DNA of 63,030 bases, filler included. It is 4 parts of 4 records of this genome, joined end to end, with 100 filler letters (N's around TTAATTAATTAA, not from the genome) between each part and the next. Parts side by side here need not be neighbours in the genome. Positions count along the whole stretch, not along the records: positions 26,294 to 55,783 come from SRR31156797_11482; 3 more parts are not named here. One strand, 5' to 3'. The position numbers and the translations under genes are program-made. Shown one piece after another: positions 26,327 through 36,411 of the stretch. The first letter of the stretch is position 1; the number at the start of each line of letters is the position of its first letter. The notes under the pieces are model-generated. The model saw nothing but the letters and a program-made list of their open reading frames with translations. It made no database searches and was not told where the DNA came from.

Positions 26327-27418
26327 TTACCCAATTCCATCCCCGGTAAGCAAGTTGCCTTTTTCTCCTGAACAGGGAATACACAGTTTCTTACCTGCCT
26401 TTTCAACAATCCTGGTAGCCATCACCGGCTCACCACATTTTTCACAAATGATGCTTTCGTGGGATGGTGCATAAGGCGGTATATCAACCATAACTTCTTC
26501 TACCTTAAATAATTTATCGAAGTTCAGGGTAAGGGTAGCAAAAGCCTTTTCCACGCCCAGCTTTTTAAACCTGGCGATCTCCTCATCGCTGTGATCCTGA
26601 TCTCCAACAACCTTTTTGTAGCTGTCAGAAAACAACGGGTTGGCTTGTTTCATATAGGTTTTGGCATCGGGTAAGCTGGAGATGCGGATGCCATATCCAT
26701 CGCGTTTTGTGAGTGTAAAGGCCACTTTTCCGTGATCCTTAAAAATCAGGGCATTGTTTCCAAAAGTACAACCGGTTACAAACTGGATTCCGTCTGAAAC
26801 ACAATTGTTGGTTTCAACAATGGCGATTAAATCTTCCAAACCGTCAGAATTTCCCCGCACCAATTGCATGGCTTTGGTAGCCATCAGTACACCCATGGCC
26901 AGTCCCGGACAAAAATGCCCATGAATTTGAGCAGCGTCCAGCATCAGCCTGTCTGTTTTTCCAGCCCAGATGTTCGACAATATCACTTTTCTCGGATTCA
27001 TTTTTCTGCTATGTATTTCTGCCTCATCAACTTCTTCTTCCTTGAGTGGAATGTGAATGGGTTTGATATCAATCAGCGGGGTATTGTTGAGGGCATCCAA
27101 TCCCTGAACACGTAAAATATTTCCGTTACGTTCAAGGACTTTAACTATGGTGCTGCCGACCTGAGAAGGCCTTCGTGGGCTCCGTGTCGCAAAAACACCT
27201 TTGTATTCACCGGTAAATGTGTGTGTTTTTAATTCAAACGGATCTGCCTTGTCGAAGTGGAAATAAATTTCCAGGTATTCCGAAAGTTCTGTTTTGAAAA
27301 GCCCTTCGGCATATGCATCAAAAATTTCAATTTCGCTTACAGCATCACGCATTTTTGCAGGTGAGGTGGGTTCATCAAATTTGCTTTTAATTTTTCCGAT
27401 ATATGGTAGTGTGTGCAT
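26327..27418 (-). CDS. TsaA/TrmO (YaeB)-like SAM-binding domain fused to FmdE domain with C-terminal Zn finger
   Basis: GVFATRSPRRP, GLDALNNTPLIDIKP (TsaA); HGHFCPGLAMG, ETNNCVSDGIQFVTGCTFG (FmdE); CEKCGE...CIPC. Confidence 0.85.
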   Translation of the reverse strand: MHTLPYIGKIKSKFDEPTSPAKMRDAVSEIEIFDAYAEGLFKTELSEYLEIYFHFDKADPFELKTHTFTGEYKGVFATRSPRRPSQVGSTIVKVLERNGNILRVQGLDALNNTPLIDIKPIHIPLKEEEVDEAEIHSRKMNPRKVILSNIWAGKTDRLMLDAAQIHGHFCPGLAMGVLMATKAMQLVRGNSDGLEDLIAIVETNNCVSDGIQFVTGCTFGNNALIFKDHGKVAFTLTKRDGYGIRISSLPDAKTYMKQANPLFSDSYKKVVGDQDHSDEEIARFKKLGVEKAFATLTLNFDKLFKVEEVMVDIPPYAPSHESIICEKCGEPVMATRIVEKAGKKLCIPCSGEKGNLLTGDGIG

Positions 27419-27433
27419 GTTGCGTGTTTTGGA

Positions 27434-29752
27434 TTAAAAATGAACTGAAACTCCTAGATTTATGCGCCTTCCGGGAGATAAATAGTATTCGGTTTCCAGT
27501 TGCTGGTTGTCAAAAATATCAATAACTTCAGCATAAACTTTAAGGATCTTTCCAATGGTCTTGCTTATCCTGGCATCGAAGCTTAAAAACGGATCAATAT
27601 GATTTTGGTTATCATCGCTGGTGAATTGCTTGCTTTTGTAGGTCATTACCAAAGCAATATCAACCCATTTGTGGTGAACATGTGTTCCGGCCTTGACCTG
27701 TTGCCTGGGCGTGTACTTAAGTGCTTTTCCTTCCAGGTCAGGATTTTTGTTAAATTTCCCAATCTCCGAGTGGTTAAAGGTGTAATTGACAAATACACTT
27801 ATTTTGTTATTTATCTGGTAAGACGAATGTAAATCGAGGCCGTAGATATCGACTTCAGTGATGTTTCGCCGTTGAAAAACCGGTCGTTTTCCCCAGAGTG
27901 ACTCACCGGTAGCAACATAGTACAGGAAATCTTTGCCTTTGGAATAATAGAATGACGGTGCGATATTCAGTTTTTCTCCAAATCTAAAATCCCCGCCAAT
28001 TTCATAATTGTTGATTGTTTCGGGCCCCAGCTCCGGGTTGGCAATTTTGGGGCCTACCCACATCCAGCCCGACCGGCACAGGTCATCCAAAATGGAAGCG
28101 CGAAATCCTTTTGACCAGGAGGCATAGAAACGCAGGTTTTCTTTCGGTCGATAGTTAAGTCCAACCCTGGGTGAGATAGCGTTCCATTCGTGGTCTGTCA
28201 ATTCGGGCAAAATGTTTGTCCATGAGCCGTCTGTGGTCGTGTAATCCCCATCATGAAATTTGGCCACATCATACCGGAATCCTACAGTTAAGTTAAGCAT
28301 GTTATTTAAAAAACGCTGTTCATCCTGCACGAAGATTGCGTAATTGTCCATCTTGCCTTCGTTGACCACACTATCCGTTGAGGTCACATAATAATCGCCA
28401 CCTTCAACGCTGCCAAACCGGGCTTCTGATCCATAGGTCAACTTGTTGTTAGGCGTCAGTTGGTTGGTGAAGTTAGCTGTCAGTCCCTTGTCAATTCTGT
28501 CGGATTTTACATCAAACCTCGAGTAGTTGCCACCCTGCATCCGCTCATCCAGTTTAAAATAATATTCCTTCTGGTAGAACAGGTTAAGGTTATAGCTGAA
28601 TTTTTCACTGTTTCCGTTGATCCGTAAACCCAGGAAATCAGTATCGAAATTTCGGTATTCCCCGTCAGGGGCTTCAATTTTTTCACCTTCACCTTTTTTG
28701 TTCCTGTAGTGGTCATATTGCAGCTCAACATTTAATAGCGGATCAACTGCCCATCCTGCTTTGGTGCTGATGTTGTATTCATATAGATATTTTGCAACTG
28801 AATAATCCGGATTTTCTTTCAATACTTCAGGCATATCATTATATCCGTCGCTGGTATTGTACATCCCGGAAATCCGGTAGTACAGACCATTTTGTTGAGT
28901 TCCTCCAATATTTGCACTGGTCATCAGCGTGTTGTAGGTACCAAAAGAAATTCTTGCGCTTCCTTCTACCTGTTTGACAGGTTTGCGTGTGATAATGTTA
29001 ATCATACCTCCCATGGCATTATTTCCATAAATGCTTGATCCCGGCCCGTGATAAACCTCAATCCGCTCAACATCATCTGCATTTATTCTGGACCAGTTTA
29101 CGCCCCCTGTGTCTCCCTTGTTGAGTGGAGCGCCGTCAACCAAAACCAGCGTTCTACCCTGCTCATCACCGCCAAGTCCGCGTAGGGTAACGACGGGCCG
29201 CATCGAATACAATCCACTGGGATTGAGCACATTTATTCCTGTAGTGTATTTCAGGATGTCTTCGATTTTTTGATGTGGGATGCCTTCTATTTGATCTCTG
29301 CCTATGATGTTTACACGGGCAGGGATTTTTGTGATGCTTTCGTTGCTTCGGCTGGCGGTTATCACAACCTCATTACTTGAATAAATTGTGGGTTGTAGCT
29401 GGATTTCGAGCATAACGGCTTCTGTATCTACTGCCTCCACCCACTTTGCCATGCTTTGGTATCCCACAAATGTAATTTCTATACGGTATGTTCCCGCTTT
29501 AGGAATTTCCACGGCGAACGAACCATCCTGCGCGGTGATTGTCGCGATATCAAGCTTAGGGATCAGAACGTGTGAACCTGCAAGGGGTTTGCCACAAGTT
29601 TTATCCGTGACTTTACCTTCAATAATTATTGCAGCTGATTCTGCTGTAATAAGAAAAAACAAACCAATAATCAGTAATAAATTCTTCTTCATGATAACTG
29701 TCGATTTTATCTGCTGAACAAATGCTGATGTTTTTATGGTGATGTAAATCAC
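27434..29752 (-). CDS. TonB-dependent receptor, probably metal uptake (likely start ATG 29692)
   Basis: Signal peptide, N-terminal carboxypeptidase-like domain, EVVITASR TonB box, VERIEVYHGPGSSIYG, NPELGPE, C-terminal F. Confidence 0.9.
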   Translation of the reverse strand: MIYITIKTSAFVQQIKSTVIMKKNLLLIIGLFFLITAESAAIIIEGKVTDKTCGKPLAGSHVLIPKLDIATITAQDGSFAVEIPKAGTYRIEITFVGYQSMAKWVEAVDTEAVMLEIQLQPTIYSSNEVVITASRSNESITKIPARVNIIGRDQIEGIPHQKIEDILKYTTGINVLNPSGLYSMRPVVTLRGLGGDEQGRTLVLVDGAPLNKGDTGGVNWSRINADDVERIEVYHGPGSSIYGNNAMGGMINIITRKPVKQVEGSARISFGTYNTLMTSANIGGTQQNGLYYRISGMYNTSDGYNDMPEVLKENPDYSVAKYLYEYNISTKAGWAVDPLLNVELQYDHYRNKKGEGEKIEAPDGEYRNFDTDFLGLRINGNSEKFSYNLNLFYQKEYYFKLDERMQGGNYSRFDVKSDRIDKGLTANFTNQLTPNNKLTYGSEARFGSVEGGDYYVTSTDSVVNEGKMDNYAIFVQDEQRFLNNMLNLTVGFRYDVAKFHDGDYTTTDGSWTNILPELTDHEWNAISPRVGLNYRPKENLRFYASWSKGFRASILDDLCRSGWMWVGPKIANPELGPETINNYEIGGDFRFGEKLNIAPSFYYSKGKDFLYYVATGESLWGKRPVFQRRNITEVDIYGLDLHSSYQINNKISVFVNYTFNHSEIGKFNKNPDLEGKALKYTPRQQVKAGTHVHHKWVDIALVMTYKSKQFTSDDNQNHIDPFLSFDARISKTIGKILKVYAEVIDIFDNQQLETEYYLSPGRRINLGVSVHF

Positions 29753-29755
29753 TCA

Positions 29756-30157
29756 CTAACCGTTGGCACTCATCACCAGTTTTCCATGCTTGATGCCCTT
29801 CAACGCAATCAGCCTGTCGGCCAGGATGTGCAGTTTCGATGCTTTTCCTCTTACAGCAATCGTTTCAAGACAATTATTGTGATCCAGGTGGACATGTTGC
29901 ACAGATAAGATTAGGTCGTGATATTCATGCTGGATATCCGTAGATTTTGTTTGCAGGTCTCTTTTATGGTGATCGTAAACAATTACAATCGCCCCGGCAA
30001 CATCGGCGTTGTCTTCCCACTTGTCTTCCACTTTTGATTTCGCCACCAAAAACCGGATGGCCTGTGACCGGTTTGGGAATTGTTTTCTTTCTACAATTTT
30101 ATCGAGGTCGTTGAGGATATTTTCTTCAAGCGATACCCCAAATCTTTTTAAGCTCAT
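29756..30157 (-). CDS. nikR: Nickel-responsive regulator NikR
   Basis: MSLKRFGVSL ribbon, NRSQAIR, VYDHH, HVHLDHNNCLE. Confidence 0.93.
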   Translation of the reverse strand: MSLKRFGVSLEENILNDLDKIVERKQFPNRSQAIRFLVAKSKVEDKWEDNADVAGAIVIVYDHHKRDLQTKSTDIQHEYHDLILSVQHVHLDHNNCLETIAVRGKASKLHILADRLIALKGIKHGKLVMSANG

Positions 30158-30158
30158 C

Positions 30159-30185
30159 GTAACACTAATTTGAATTTCGTGCCAC
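30159..30185 (-). promoter_or_regulatory. Putative NikR operator
   Basis: GTGGCAC-N13-GTGTTAC pseudo-palindrome between the Bacteroidota -7 box (TACTTTTG, 30185-30192 minus) and the nikR ATG. Confidence 0.55.
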
Positions 30186-30249
30186 AAAAGTATATCGTCT
30201 TGTTAAATGGTTAACAGTTGTTGGAAATTTAGAATGATTTTAAGGTAGG

Positions 30250-30582
30250 TCAGCGGAATGAATATTCCACCGAACGGCCAGGCATTTGGATTATTCTATT
30301 TGCAATGGTTGGACGCAGTATCTGCTATGTTTAATTTGTCGGGGATGAGTTCAGCGGAATGAATATTCCTACGAATGGCCAGACATCCCGGGGTTATGAT
30401 GCTCGTCACCTGAAGCTAAAGCAACAGCGTGTGATAAATTCAGTGTTATGAATATTCCGTCGAACGTTCTTGCATATGGGGGTTATGGTGCTCCGCAGCT
30501 GATCCAAAAGCCACAGCATGGAGAAATTTTGGTAGAATAAAGAATCACAATGTAGTTTATAGGTGCAGAGCACCGTAATATT
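30250..30582. repeat. Three degenerate ~90-100-bp direct repeats plus REP-like pair
   Basis: tcagcggaatgaatattcc..cgaa at ~30250 and ~30351; tcagtgttatgaatattccgtcgaa at ~30440; ggtgctccgcagct and aggtgcagagcacc form an inverted pair. Confidence 0.6.
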
Positions 30583-30691
30583 CTTATGGTCTCAAAAAGT
30601 CTGTGAGACCTGATACACAGTTGATGTTTTTTAGCAGCTTCTATGATAGGGCAGAGGAATGACCGGGAGATGATACTTTATCATGAAAAAT

Positions 30692-30722
30692 AAAAAAGGC
30701 CTGCCCGATGGCAAGCCTTTTC
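30692..30722 (-). terminator. Intrinsic terminator after sigma factor gene
   Basis: aaaaaaggc-ctgcc-cgat-ggcaa-gcctttt; U-tail on the minus strand. Confidence 0.65.
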
Positions 30723-30746
30723 TATTCGTTCGGATGTCGAAAAATT

Positions 30747-31613
30747 TTATTGTCCGAGGTAAGCTTTCAGCAGTTTGCTGCGTGAAGTGTGTTTCAGTCG
30801 TCTGATGGCTTTTTCTTTGATTTGCCTTACACGTTCGCGGGTCAGGTCAAATTTCATGGCGATCTCATCCAGTGTAAGTCCGTGGTTCATCCCGATACCG
30901 TAGTAAAGGTTAATGACGTCACGTTCTTTTTTGGTGAGTGTTGCCAGCGATCTTTGGATCTCTTTGGCCAACGATTCTTTCATCAGGTCTTTGTCGGTGT
31001 GCGGGCTGTCGTCAGAAACGTACACGTCAAGCAGGCTCATATCCTCATCCTGCGTTAGCGGTGCATCCATCGAAACAGTACGTGTTGTGATTTTTAAAAC
31101 CGACTCAACCTTGTTTTCAGGTAAATCCAGCGAATTGGCAATTTCATCTGCTGAAGGCGGACGCTCAAATTTCTGTTCAAGTTTAGAAGATTCCTTACGA
31201 ATCCGGTTCAATGATCCTACCTGGTTTAAGGGTAAACGGACGATACGAGATTGCTCGGCCAGTGCCTGCAGAATTGATTGACGAATCCACCACACGGCAT
31301 AAGAAATAAACTTAAATCCGCGGGTTTCGTCAAATCTCTGGGCAGCTTTTATGAGTCCTAAATTACCCTCGTTAATAAGATCAGGCAGACTTAATCCCTG
31401 GTTTTGATATTGCTTGGCTACTGATACCACAAAACGCAGATTGGCTTTGGTGAGTTTTTCAAGGGCTGTCTGGTCGCCTTGCTTGATACGCTGCGCCAAT
31501 TGCACCTCTTCCTCTGCGGTAATCAGTTCCTCTTTTCCAATATCCTGAAGATATTTGTCCAAGGAAGCAGTCTCCCGGTTCGTAATTGATTTGGTGATCT
31601 TAAGCTGTCTCAT
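30747..31613 (-). CDS. rpoD: Primary sigma-70 factor (Bacteroidota short RpoD type)
   Basis: [60 protein letters not shown]. Confidence 0.93.
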   Translation of the reverse strand: MRQLKITKSITNRETASLDKYLQDIGKEELITAEEEVQLAQRIKQGDQTALEKLTKANLRFVVSVAKQYQNQGLSLPDLINEGNLGLIKAAQRFDETRGFKFISYAVWWIRQSILQALAEQSRIVRLPLNQVGSLNRIRKESSKLEQKFERPPSADEIANSLDLPENKVESVLKITTRTVSMDAPLTQDEDMSLLDVYVSDDSPHTDKDLMKESLAKEIQRSLATLTKKERDVINLYYGIGMNHGLTLDEIAMKFDLTRERVRQIKEKAIRRLKHTSRSKLLKAYLGQ

Positions 31614-31821
31614 TCAACTTTAACTTAATGATTATTAAAAATGGTCCTATAAATCTGATTTTGTTTTACATCTATTAGGAAACAACAAGGTAACTTGATA
31701 AATGTTAAAATATTGTAAAGAAAAATTTTTATACGCACAAAATATTAACACAGACTAACATAAAACAGGTTTGTCTGGTTAATGTTTACCCATCTGAAAT
31801 AAAAAGGGTTTGCAACAGCAA

Positions 31822-33276
31822 CTACATGCCTATCGCATAATAATTGCGCTGGCCATTTGGATATACGCCTTCAATTAAAACGCCACCTCGTTTTCCGGAT
31901 AGCAGGTTGTTAATGTCATCGGCTGAACGGACAGGGTTCTTATCGACCTCTGTAATGATAAAACCTTCGCGGATTCCTTTATCCATGAGTTTACCTCTTT
32001 GCAGATCAACAATTTTCATCCCATGATCGATGCCCAGATGATTTTTTTCTTCATCCGAAACCCTTTCGAATGAGGCGCCCAGTTTTTCTGTTACTTCCAA
32101 TTCTTCACGGGTTAGGACATCGTACGTGTTTTGTCTGTTCTTTAAAAGTACCTCTCTATTGGTAATTTCACCATCCCTTCGTAAAGTAACCATGATTCTG
32201 TCTCCTGGATTATGTTGACCAACTGATTCAAGCAATCTGGAAACACTTGTAATTTCCTTACCATCAATCTCGAGGATCACATCGTCTGGTTCAATGCTGG
32301 CATCATCGGCTGAACTGTTTTCAACAACCGATACAACATACACACCCTGTAAATCTTCAAGTTCCATTTCATCAGCAAAGTCACTGTCAATATCGCGGAT
32401 GGTTACACCAATATAGGCGCGCTGAATTTCGCCATAATTGATAAAATCGTTTACCACCTTTTTTACAATGTTTACAGGGATTGCAAAAGAATATCCTGTG
32501 TAAGAACCGGTGTTTGAGGCAATAGCGGCATTTATTCCAATCAGTTCACCGTTTGTGTTGACGAGTGCACCGCCACTGTTCCCGCGGTTTACAGGGGCAT
32601 CGGTCTGGATAAATGATTCGATTGCGGAATTGGTTCCCAGGATATTAATATCGCGGGCAAGCGCACTTACAATTCCTGCAGTTACTGTTGAAGTAAGGTT
32701 GAAAGGGTTTCCGACAGCCAGCACCCACTCACCAATTTTTACATCATCAGAATCGCCATAAGTCAGGAATGGCAGGTTTTCTTCTGAAATCTTGATAAGA
32801 GCCAGGTCTGTTGAGGGATCCGTACCTATTATCTCAGCTTCATAGGTCCGCTTGTCATTGAGTGTAACTTCCAGCCTTTCAGCATTATGAACAACATGGT
32901 TATTGGTTACAATAAAACCATCAGCAGTAATGATCACCCCTGAACCTGTTGCCACCAGCGGCTGATTATACTGCGGCTGTGGCCTTCCGAAGAATTCATA
33001 AAAAAAGTCGTCATAAACCGATGTCCTTCTTCTAACTTCAGTTTTGATGTGTACCACTGCATGTACTGACATATCGGCAGCGCTGGTAAAGTCAGGGCCA
33101 ATCTGTGGTGTGGCCCGAGGCATGGTATAGCTTGCCGGGATAGCGGTCATGCTTTTGTGGTGCGTGTTTTGGATAATTTGTTGATTATCATCCTTGTTTT
33201 CAATGGTTGAATAAATTCCCAGGGAAATCAATCCGCCTGCAAAAGCAGCAACAATCATTAAAACAAACTTTTTCAT
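31822..33276 (-). CDS. htrA: Do/DegP (HtrA) serine protease with two PDZ domains
   Basis: GSGVII, TNNHV, DLAL, IQTDAPVNRGNSGGAL. Confidence 0.92.
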   Translation of the reverse strand: MKKFVLMIVAAFAGGLISLGIYSTIENKDDNQQIIQNTHHKSMTAIPASYTMPRATPQIGPDFTSAADMSVHAVVHIKTEVRRRTSVYDDFFYEFFGRPQPQYNQPLVATGSGVIITADGFIVTNNHVVHNAERLEVTLNDKRTYEAEIIGTDPSTDLALIKISEENLPFLTYGDSDDVKIGEWVLAVGNPFNLTSTVTAGIVSALARDINILGTNSAIESFIQTDAPVNRGNSGGALVNTNGELIGINAAIASNTGSYTGYSFAIPVNIVKKVVNDFINYGEIQRAYIGVTIRDIDSDFADEMELEDLQGVYVVSVVENSSADDASIEPDDVILEIDGKEITSVSRLLESVGQHNPGDRIMVTLRRDGEITNREVLLKNRQNTYDVLTREELEVTEKLGASFERVSDEEKNHLGIDHGMKIVDLQRGKLMDKGIREGFIITEVDKNPVRSADDINNLLSGKRGGVLIEGVYPNGQRNYYAIGM

Positions 33277-33539
33277 AATTTGATATTTTGTGTTTCTAAA
33301 TCAATGAATAATTCGTTTTTGGCCTTATCAATAATTAATCCAGTTTGTAAAATCAACCCTTTTAATAATTCTTAAAACCTGCTGTGAATAACGCCTGTAT
33401 TCCCGATGTTGCCTGGTGTTACCGTTAAAAGATGTTAAGCAATATTGCTGCGTAAACTTTTGTTTGCTCACGCTTTTTCTGAACAGGTACACTGACTCCT
33501 GAAAATTTGCGTTTTTTTGCATAACCTAAATCACGTTGT

Positions 33540-34328
33540 ATGAAAGTTACATTTAATAAATACCAGGGTGCAGGTAACGATTTCATTATAATTGACAATC
33601 GCAGAAAACAATTTATTCCGGATCAGAAAGTGGTCGAGAAATTGTGTGATCGTCATTTCGGAATTGGTGCCGATGGCCTGATCCTGTTGGAGCATGATGC
33701 AGAGAGCGATTTTTTTATGCGTTATTTCAATGCTGATGGCCATGAAGGATCGATGTGTGGAAATGGTGGGAGGTGTGTTGTGCTGTTTGCGCATAAGGAA
33801 GGAATTATTCAAAAGGACACTGTGTTCCATGCCGCCGATGGTTATCATCAGGCTGAAATATTAATTTCAGGAGAGTCCAGCGCCATGGTTAAATTGAAAA
33901 TGAATGATGTTGAAAATGTGATGCAAAAAAACGGTCAGTGGATGGTCGACTCGGGTTCACCACATTTGCTTATTCCTGTTGAAGACGCAGAAAAAGTTGA
34001 CGTTCAGGCAGAAGGTAAAAAAATCAGAAACAGTGAATTGTTTGCGCCTGAAGGCATCAATGTGAATTTTATCCGCGTTCATGATGAAGGCGTTGACATC
34101 AGAACGTATGAGCGGGGTGTGGAAAATGAAACACTGGCTTGTGGAACCGGGGCCGTAGCTGCTGCGCTGGTTGTCATATCTACTGAAAAAAATGTTGAAC
34201 CTCCGGTTGATGTGAGGGCTTTAGGAGGTAACCTTCGGGTGTATCTGAATAAAACAGCAGGAAAATTCATCAATATCTGGCTTGAAGGGCCTGCGTCTTG
34301 CGTTTTTAAAGGAGAAATTATTTTATAA
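33540..34328 (+). CDS. dapF: Diaminopimelate epimerase
   Basis: KYQGAGNDF, GIGADG, MCGNGGRC, ERGVENETLACGTG. Confidence 0.95.
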   Translation: MKVTFNKYQGAGNDFIIIDNRRKQFIPDQKVVEKLCDRHFGIGADGLILLEHDAESDFFMRYFNADGHEGSMCGNGGRCVVLFAHKEGIIQKDTVFHAADGYHQAEILISGESSAMVKLKMNDVENVMQKNGQWMVDSGSPHLLIPVEDAEKVDVQAEGKKIRNSELFAPEGINVNFIRVHDEGVDIRTYERGVENETLACGTGAVAAALVVISTEKNVEPPVDVRALGGNLRVYLNKTAGKFINIWLEGPASCVFKGEIIL

Positions 34329-34329
34329 C

Positions 34330-34863
34330 ATGTTTTTGTCAGGACAAAATATTGGATTGCGTGCACTTGAGCCCGGTGACGTAGATTTACTTTACCAGTG
34401 GGAAAACGATCAGGATGTATGGCACCTGAGCAATACACGCACACCCTTTTCAAGGTTTGATCTCGAACAATATGTTCTCAATGCCGGTAAAGACATTTTT
34501 GCCGATAAGCAGGTAAGGCTGATGATTGATGAAAATGCTTCAGATAACTCAGTTGGTGCCATTGATTTATTCGAGTTCAATCCATCTTATCAGCGGGTTG
34601 GGGTTGGCATATTAATCGCCGGACCATTCAGGGGAAAAGGATATGCTTCCGAGGCACTGGATCTTGCCATAAAATATTGTTTTGAAACATTAAGGGTTCA
34701 CCAGGTGTTTGCCAACATTGCCGAAAATAACCAGAAGAGCATCCGGCTTTTTGAGCAAAAGGGATTTACTAAAAGTGGTACGAAAAAAGACTGGCTGCTT
34801 ATTGATAACAACTGGACTGACGAGCTTTTTTATCAATTGTTTAACCCGCAACCATTAAAATGA
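34330..34863 (+). CDS. GNAT (RimJ/RimL-like) N-acetyltransferase
   Basis: LRALEPGD, FRGKGYASEAL, NQKSIRLFEQKGF; ATG at 34330 right after dapF. Confidence 0.85.
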   Translation: MFLSGQNIGLRALEPGDVDLLYQWENDQDVWHLSNTRTPFSRFDLEQYVLNAGKDIFADKQVRLMIDENASDNSVGAIDLFEFNPSYQRVGVGILIAGPFRGKGYASEALDLAIKYCFETLRVHQVFANIAENNQKSIRLFEQKGFTKSGTKKDWLLIDNNWTDELFYQLFNPQPLK

Positions 34864-35918
34864 AGTCAGGTAAAAGATCAAAATTATTCAGGGTTGTCCT
34901 GTATATGTTTTTGCTGATTGCAATTGTAGGTGGGGTTGCAGCCTTTCTGTTTTGGCGGGCGGTTTATAAAAACAACATCAACCTGGAATCAGGGCAGGTT
35001 TCCTATTTGTTTGTAAGCACGGGATCAGATTATACCGACCTTATCGATAACCTGGATAAATCAGGGCTGTTGAAAAATCATGAAACATTTGAATGGCTTG
35101 CCGAACGGAAAAATCTGCCCAATCATGTTTATCCCGGCAGGTATGAGATCAGTTACGGAATGAGTAATGACGAACTGATTAATATGTTGCGCTCAGGAGC
35201 TCAAAAACCGTTGAACGTCATTTTTAACAGTGTACGGACGATTGATCAAATGGCAGGTGTTGTGGGTGCTCAAATTGAGGCGGATAGTGCGTCAATAGCT
35301 GATTTTATCAAATGTACTGCTTTTGAAGAAACCTATGGTTTTGATGAACAGAAAGCCTCGGCTATGTTTATCCCGAATACATATGAGTTTTACTGGAACA
35401 CTTCAGCTGAGCAATTTGCTGGCCGTATGTTTTCTGAATATAAAAAATACTGGAGCGATGATCGAATTGCGCTGGCTGAAAAACAAAAACTATCTCCTGT
35501 TGAGGCGACTATTCTGGCATCTATCGTGGATAAAGAGACCATAAGAAATGACGAAAAAGCCACGATTGCCGGTGTTTACCTTAACCGTTTGCTCAAAGGC
35601 TGGAAACTCCAGGCCGATCCGACCACAGTTTTTGCCTTTTACCTGGAACATGATTCCATTTTACATCGTGTTTACCGGAAACATACGAAAATGGATTCGC
35701 CATATAATACCTATGTTCATAAAGGATTACCTCCCGGGCCTATTTGCCTGCCTTCGCTGAGCAGCATTAATGCAGTACTGAAGCCCGAAAAACACGAATA
35801 CATGTATTTCGTAGCCAAAGCAGATGGTTCGGGATATCATCATTTTTCAAAGACATATCAACAGCATCTTCGCTATGCCAGAGAGCATTACGACGGTTTG
35901 AAAAACAGAAACAAATAA
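34860..35918 (+). CDS. mltG: Endolytic transglycosylase MltG
   Basis: N-terminal TM; ILASIVDKET, AGVYLNRL, LQADPT, SPYNTY..GLPPGPI. Confidence 0.93.
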   Translation: MKSGKRSKLFRVVLYMFLLIAIVGGVAAFLFWRAVYKNNINLESGQVSYLFVSTGSDYTDLIDNLDKSGLLKNHETFEWLAERKNLPNHVYPGRYEISYGMSNDELINMLRSGAQKPLNVIFNSVRTIDQMAGVVGAQIEADSASIADFIKCTAFEETYGFDEQKASAMFIPNTYEFYWNTSAEQFAGRMFSEYKKYWSDDRIALAEKQKLSPVEATILASIVDKETIRNDEKATIAGVYLNRLLKGWKLQADPTTVFAFYLEHDSILHRVYRKHTKMDSPYNTYVHKGLPPGPICLPSLSSINAVLKPEKHEYMYFVAKADGSGYHHFSKTYQQHLRYAREHYDGLKNRNK

Positions 35919-35919
35919 A

Positions 35920-36348
35920 ATGAAATCTTCAAAACACAAAATATCAGTCACCATTCTTTCAGTTATTTTCCTGGGTCTAATTATTTCAGGTTGTGTAGAT
36001 AAGGAAAAGAAAGTTGCTGAGCTGATTAGAGAAGCGGAAAAAATGTTGTACAACTCCAGGGTAGAATCTGCAAGGGATCTTTTCCTTGAAGCTGCCGAAC
36101 TAGACCCTGAAAACCCAATCGTATGGTATGGGATTGGTGTGAGTTGGATGAACGAAGAAAAATGGGAAAAAGCGATTGGCTATTTTGATAAAGCGATCGA
36201 ATTAAAAAGTGATTACACCGATGCTTTTTATAACCGGGGGCAGGCCAATTTTTATCTGGGAGAGGTTTACAGGGCTTGCGAAGACTGGCAGGTAGCCTAT
36301 GAACTAGGCAAACCAAACATGGAAGATAAACTCAGGAAATGTGAGTGA
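35920..36348 (+). CDS. TPR lipoprotein
   Basis: Lipobox ISGC; TPR motifs AAELDPEN, AIELKSDYTDAFYNRG. Confidence 0.8.
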   Translation: MKSSKHKISVTILSVIFLGLIISGCVDKEKKVAELIREAEKMLYNSRVESARDLFLEAAELDPENPIVWYGIGVSWMNEEKWEKAIGYFDKAIELKSDYTDAFYNRGQANFYLGEVYRACEDWQVAYELGKPNMEDKLRKCE

Positions 36349-36378
36349 TTACCGCAGTCATTTTTCAGCTTTATATCC

Positions 36379-36386
36379 TACCTTTG
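36379..36386 (+). promoter_or_regulatory. Bacteroidota -7 promoter box upstream of ychF
   Basis: TACCTTTG (TAnnTTTG consensus) 25 nt before the ATG. Confidence 0.55.
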
Positions 36387-36411
36387 CACACCAATTTTAA
36401 TTTTTACATCA

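Noticed and set aside
30250-30530. Possible CRISPR array
   Set aside because: Only three degenerate copies, the intervening sequences resemble each other, spacing is too long and uneven, and no cas genes are present
33328-33522. 64-aa ORF between htrA and dapF
   Set aside because: Lies in a divergent promoter region, has no recognisable features and is probably spurious
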